Positions 63,536 through 64,000 of a DNA stretch of 64,000 bases are shown one piece after another. Positions within the stretch are counted from its first letter, which is position 1, and the number at the start of each line of letters is the position of its first letter. A program made the position numbers and the translations under genes. The notes under the pieces are model-generated. The model was not told the origin of the DNA. It saw only the letters and a program-made list of their open reading frames with translations, and searched no databases. This DNA is from Octopus bimaculoides (Eukaryota), in the NCBI RefSeq assembly GCF_001194135.2, contig NC_068983.1, forward strand, positions 122,899,435 through 122,963,434, written 5' to 3'.

Positions 63536-64000
63536 GATAATATCCTATCCTTGTGATTAGTACAGTTGTTCCAGTTCTTAGTTACAACATATAACAGAAG
63601 GAAGTCTCGTAAATATGAAAGAGGTAAAGACTTTCTTTTACTTTATCAACATCACCAAATGGCTCTTCTTTCTAGAGATCTGCTTAGTTTATTTGCCAAA
63701 TCTATTAAATTCATAAATTGAATGATACATTACTCTGTACTCAACTTTAGTGTCAAACTATCGTGTTTTCTTCATTGTTTTATAGATATTAGAAGAAACT
63801 TTTGAAAAATGCTTTTGGTTTTCATTTGGTTTGAATCAATCCCGTCGTTAAATGCTAACTGTAGCACAGAATACAATCATGTTCATTGTCCACAAATCGG
63901 TTTCCTCTAAAGTTAACTGTACGTTAGCTGTATGATAGATCATTAATAGCATTATATCACACTCTTGTAAAAATAAACGGTTTGCCCTCCTTTCCAGAAG

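Noticed and set aside
1-64000. CRISPR arrays, rRNA genes or prokaryotic operons
   Set aside because: No repeat-spacer array or rRNA-like sequence was seen; the window is spliced eukaryotic DNA

Overview
AT-rich, microsatellite-rich animal genomic DNA from a draft assembly (N gaps at about 34030-34237, 38398-39041, 40468-40935, 42010-42545, 43448-43696, 56937-57199, 58093-58482 plus several 10-N gaps). The SINE repertoire suggests an octopod cephalopod (inference). The one clearly recognisable gene is the 3' part of a Slo2/KCNT (Slack/Slick-family) potassium channel on the + strand: seven GT-AG exons (1805-18745) join in frame and encode the end of RCK2 and a divergent C-terminal tail. A weaker convergent minus-strand gene model (WD40-like) may end 57 bp from the KCNT stop. 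The rest is layered transposable elements: CsRn1-like and other Gypsy LTR elements, solo LTRs, mariner, hAT MITE, Chapaev3-like, Helitron, and RTE, Hero-like, R4-like, L1/Tx1-like and Penelope retroelements. Most notable non-coding signals: hammerhead ribozyme cores (28308-28353 minus, downstream of a tRNA-like Pol III head in a Penelope 3' region; 45438-45525 plus; a permuted candidate at 33845-33890), a ~410-bp inverted repeat, and a shift from CpG-depleted to CpG-retaining DNA near 32.6 kb. All calls were made by eye, without database searches.
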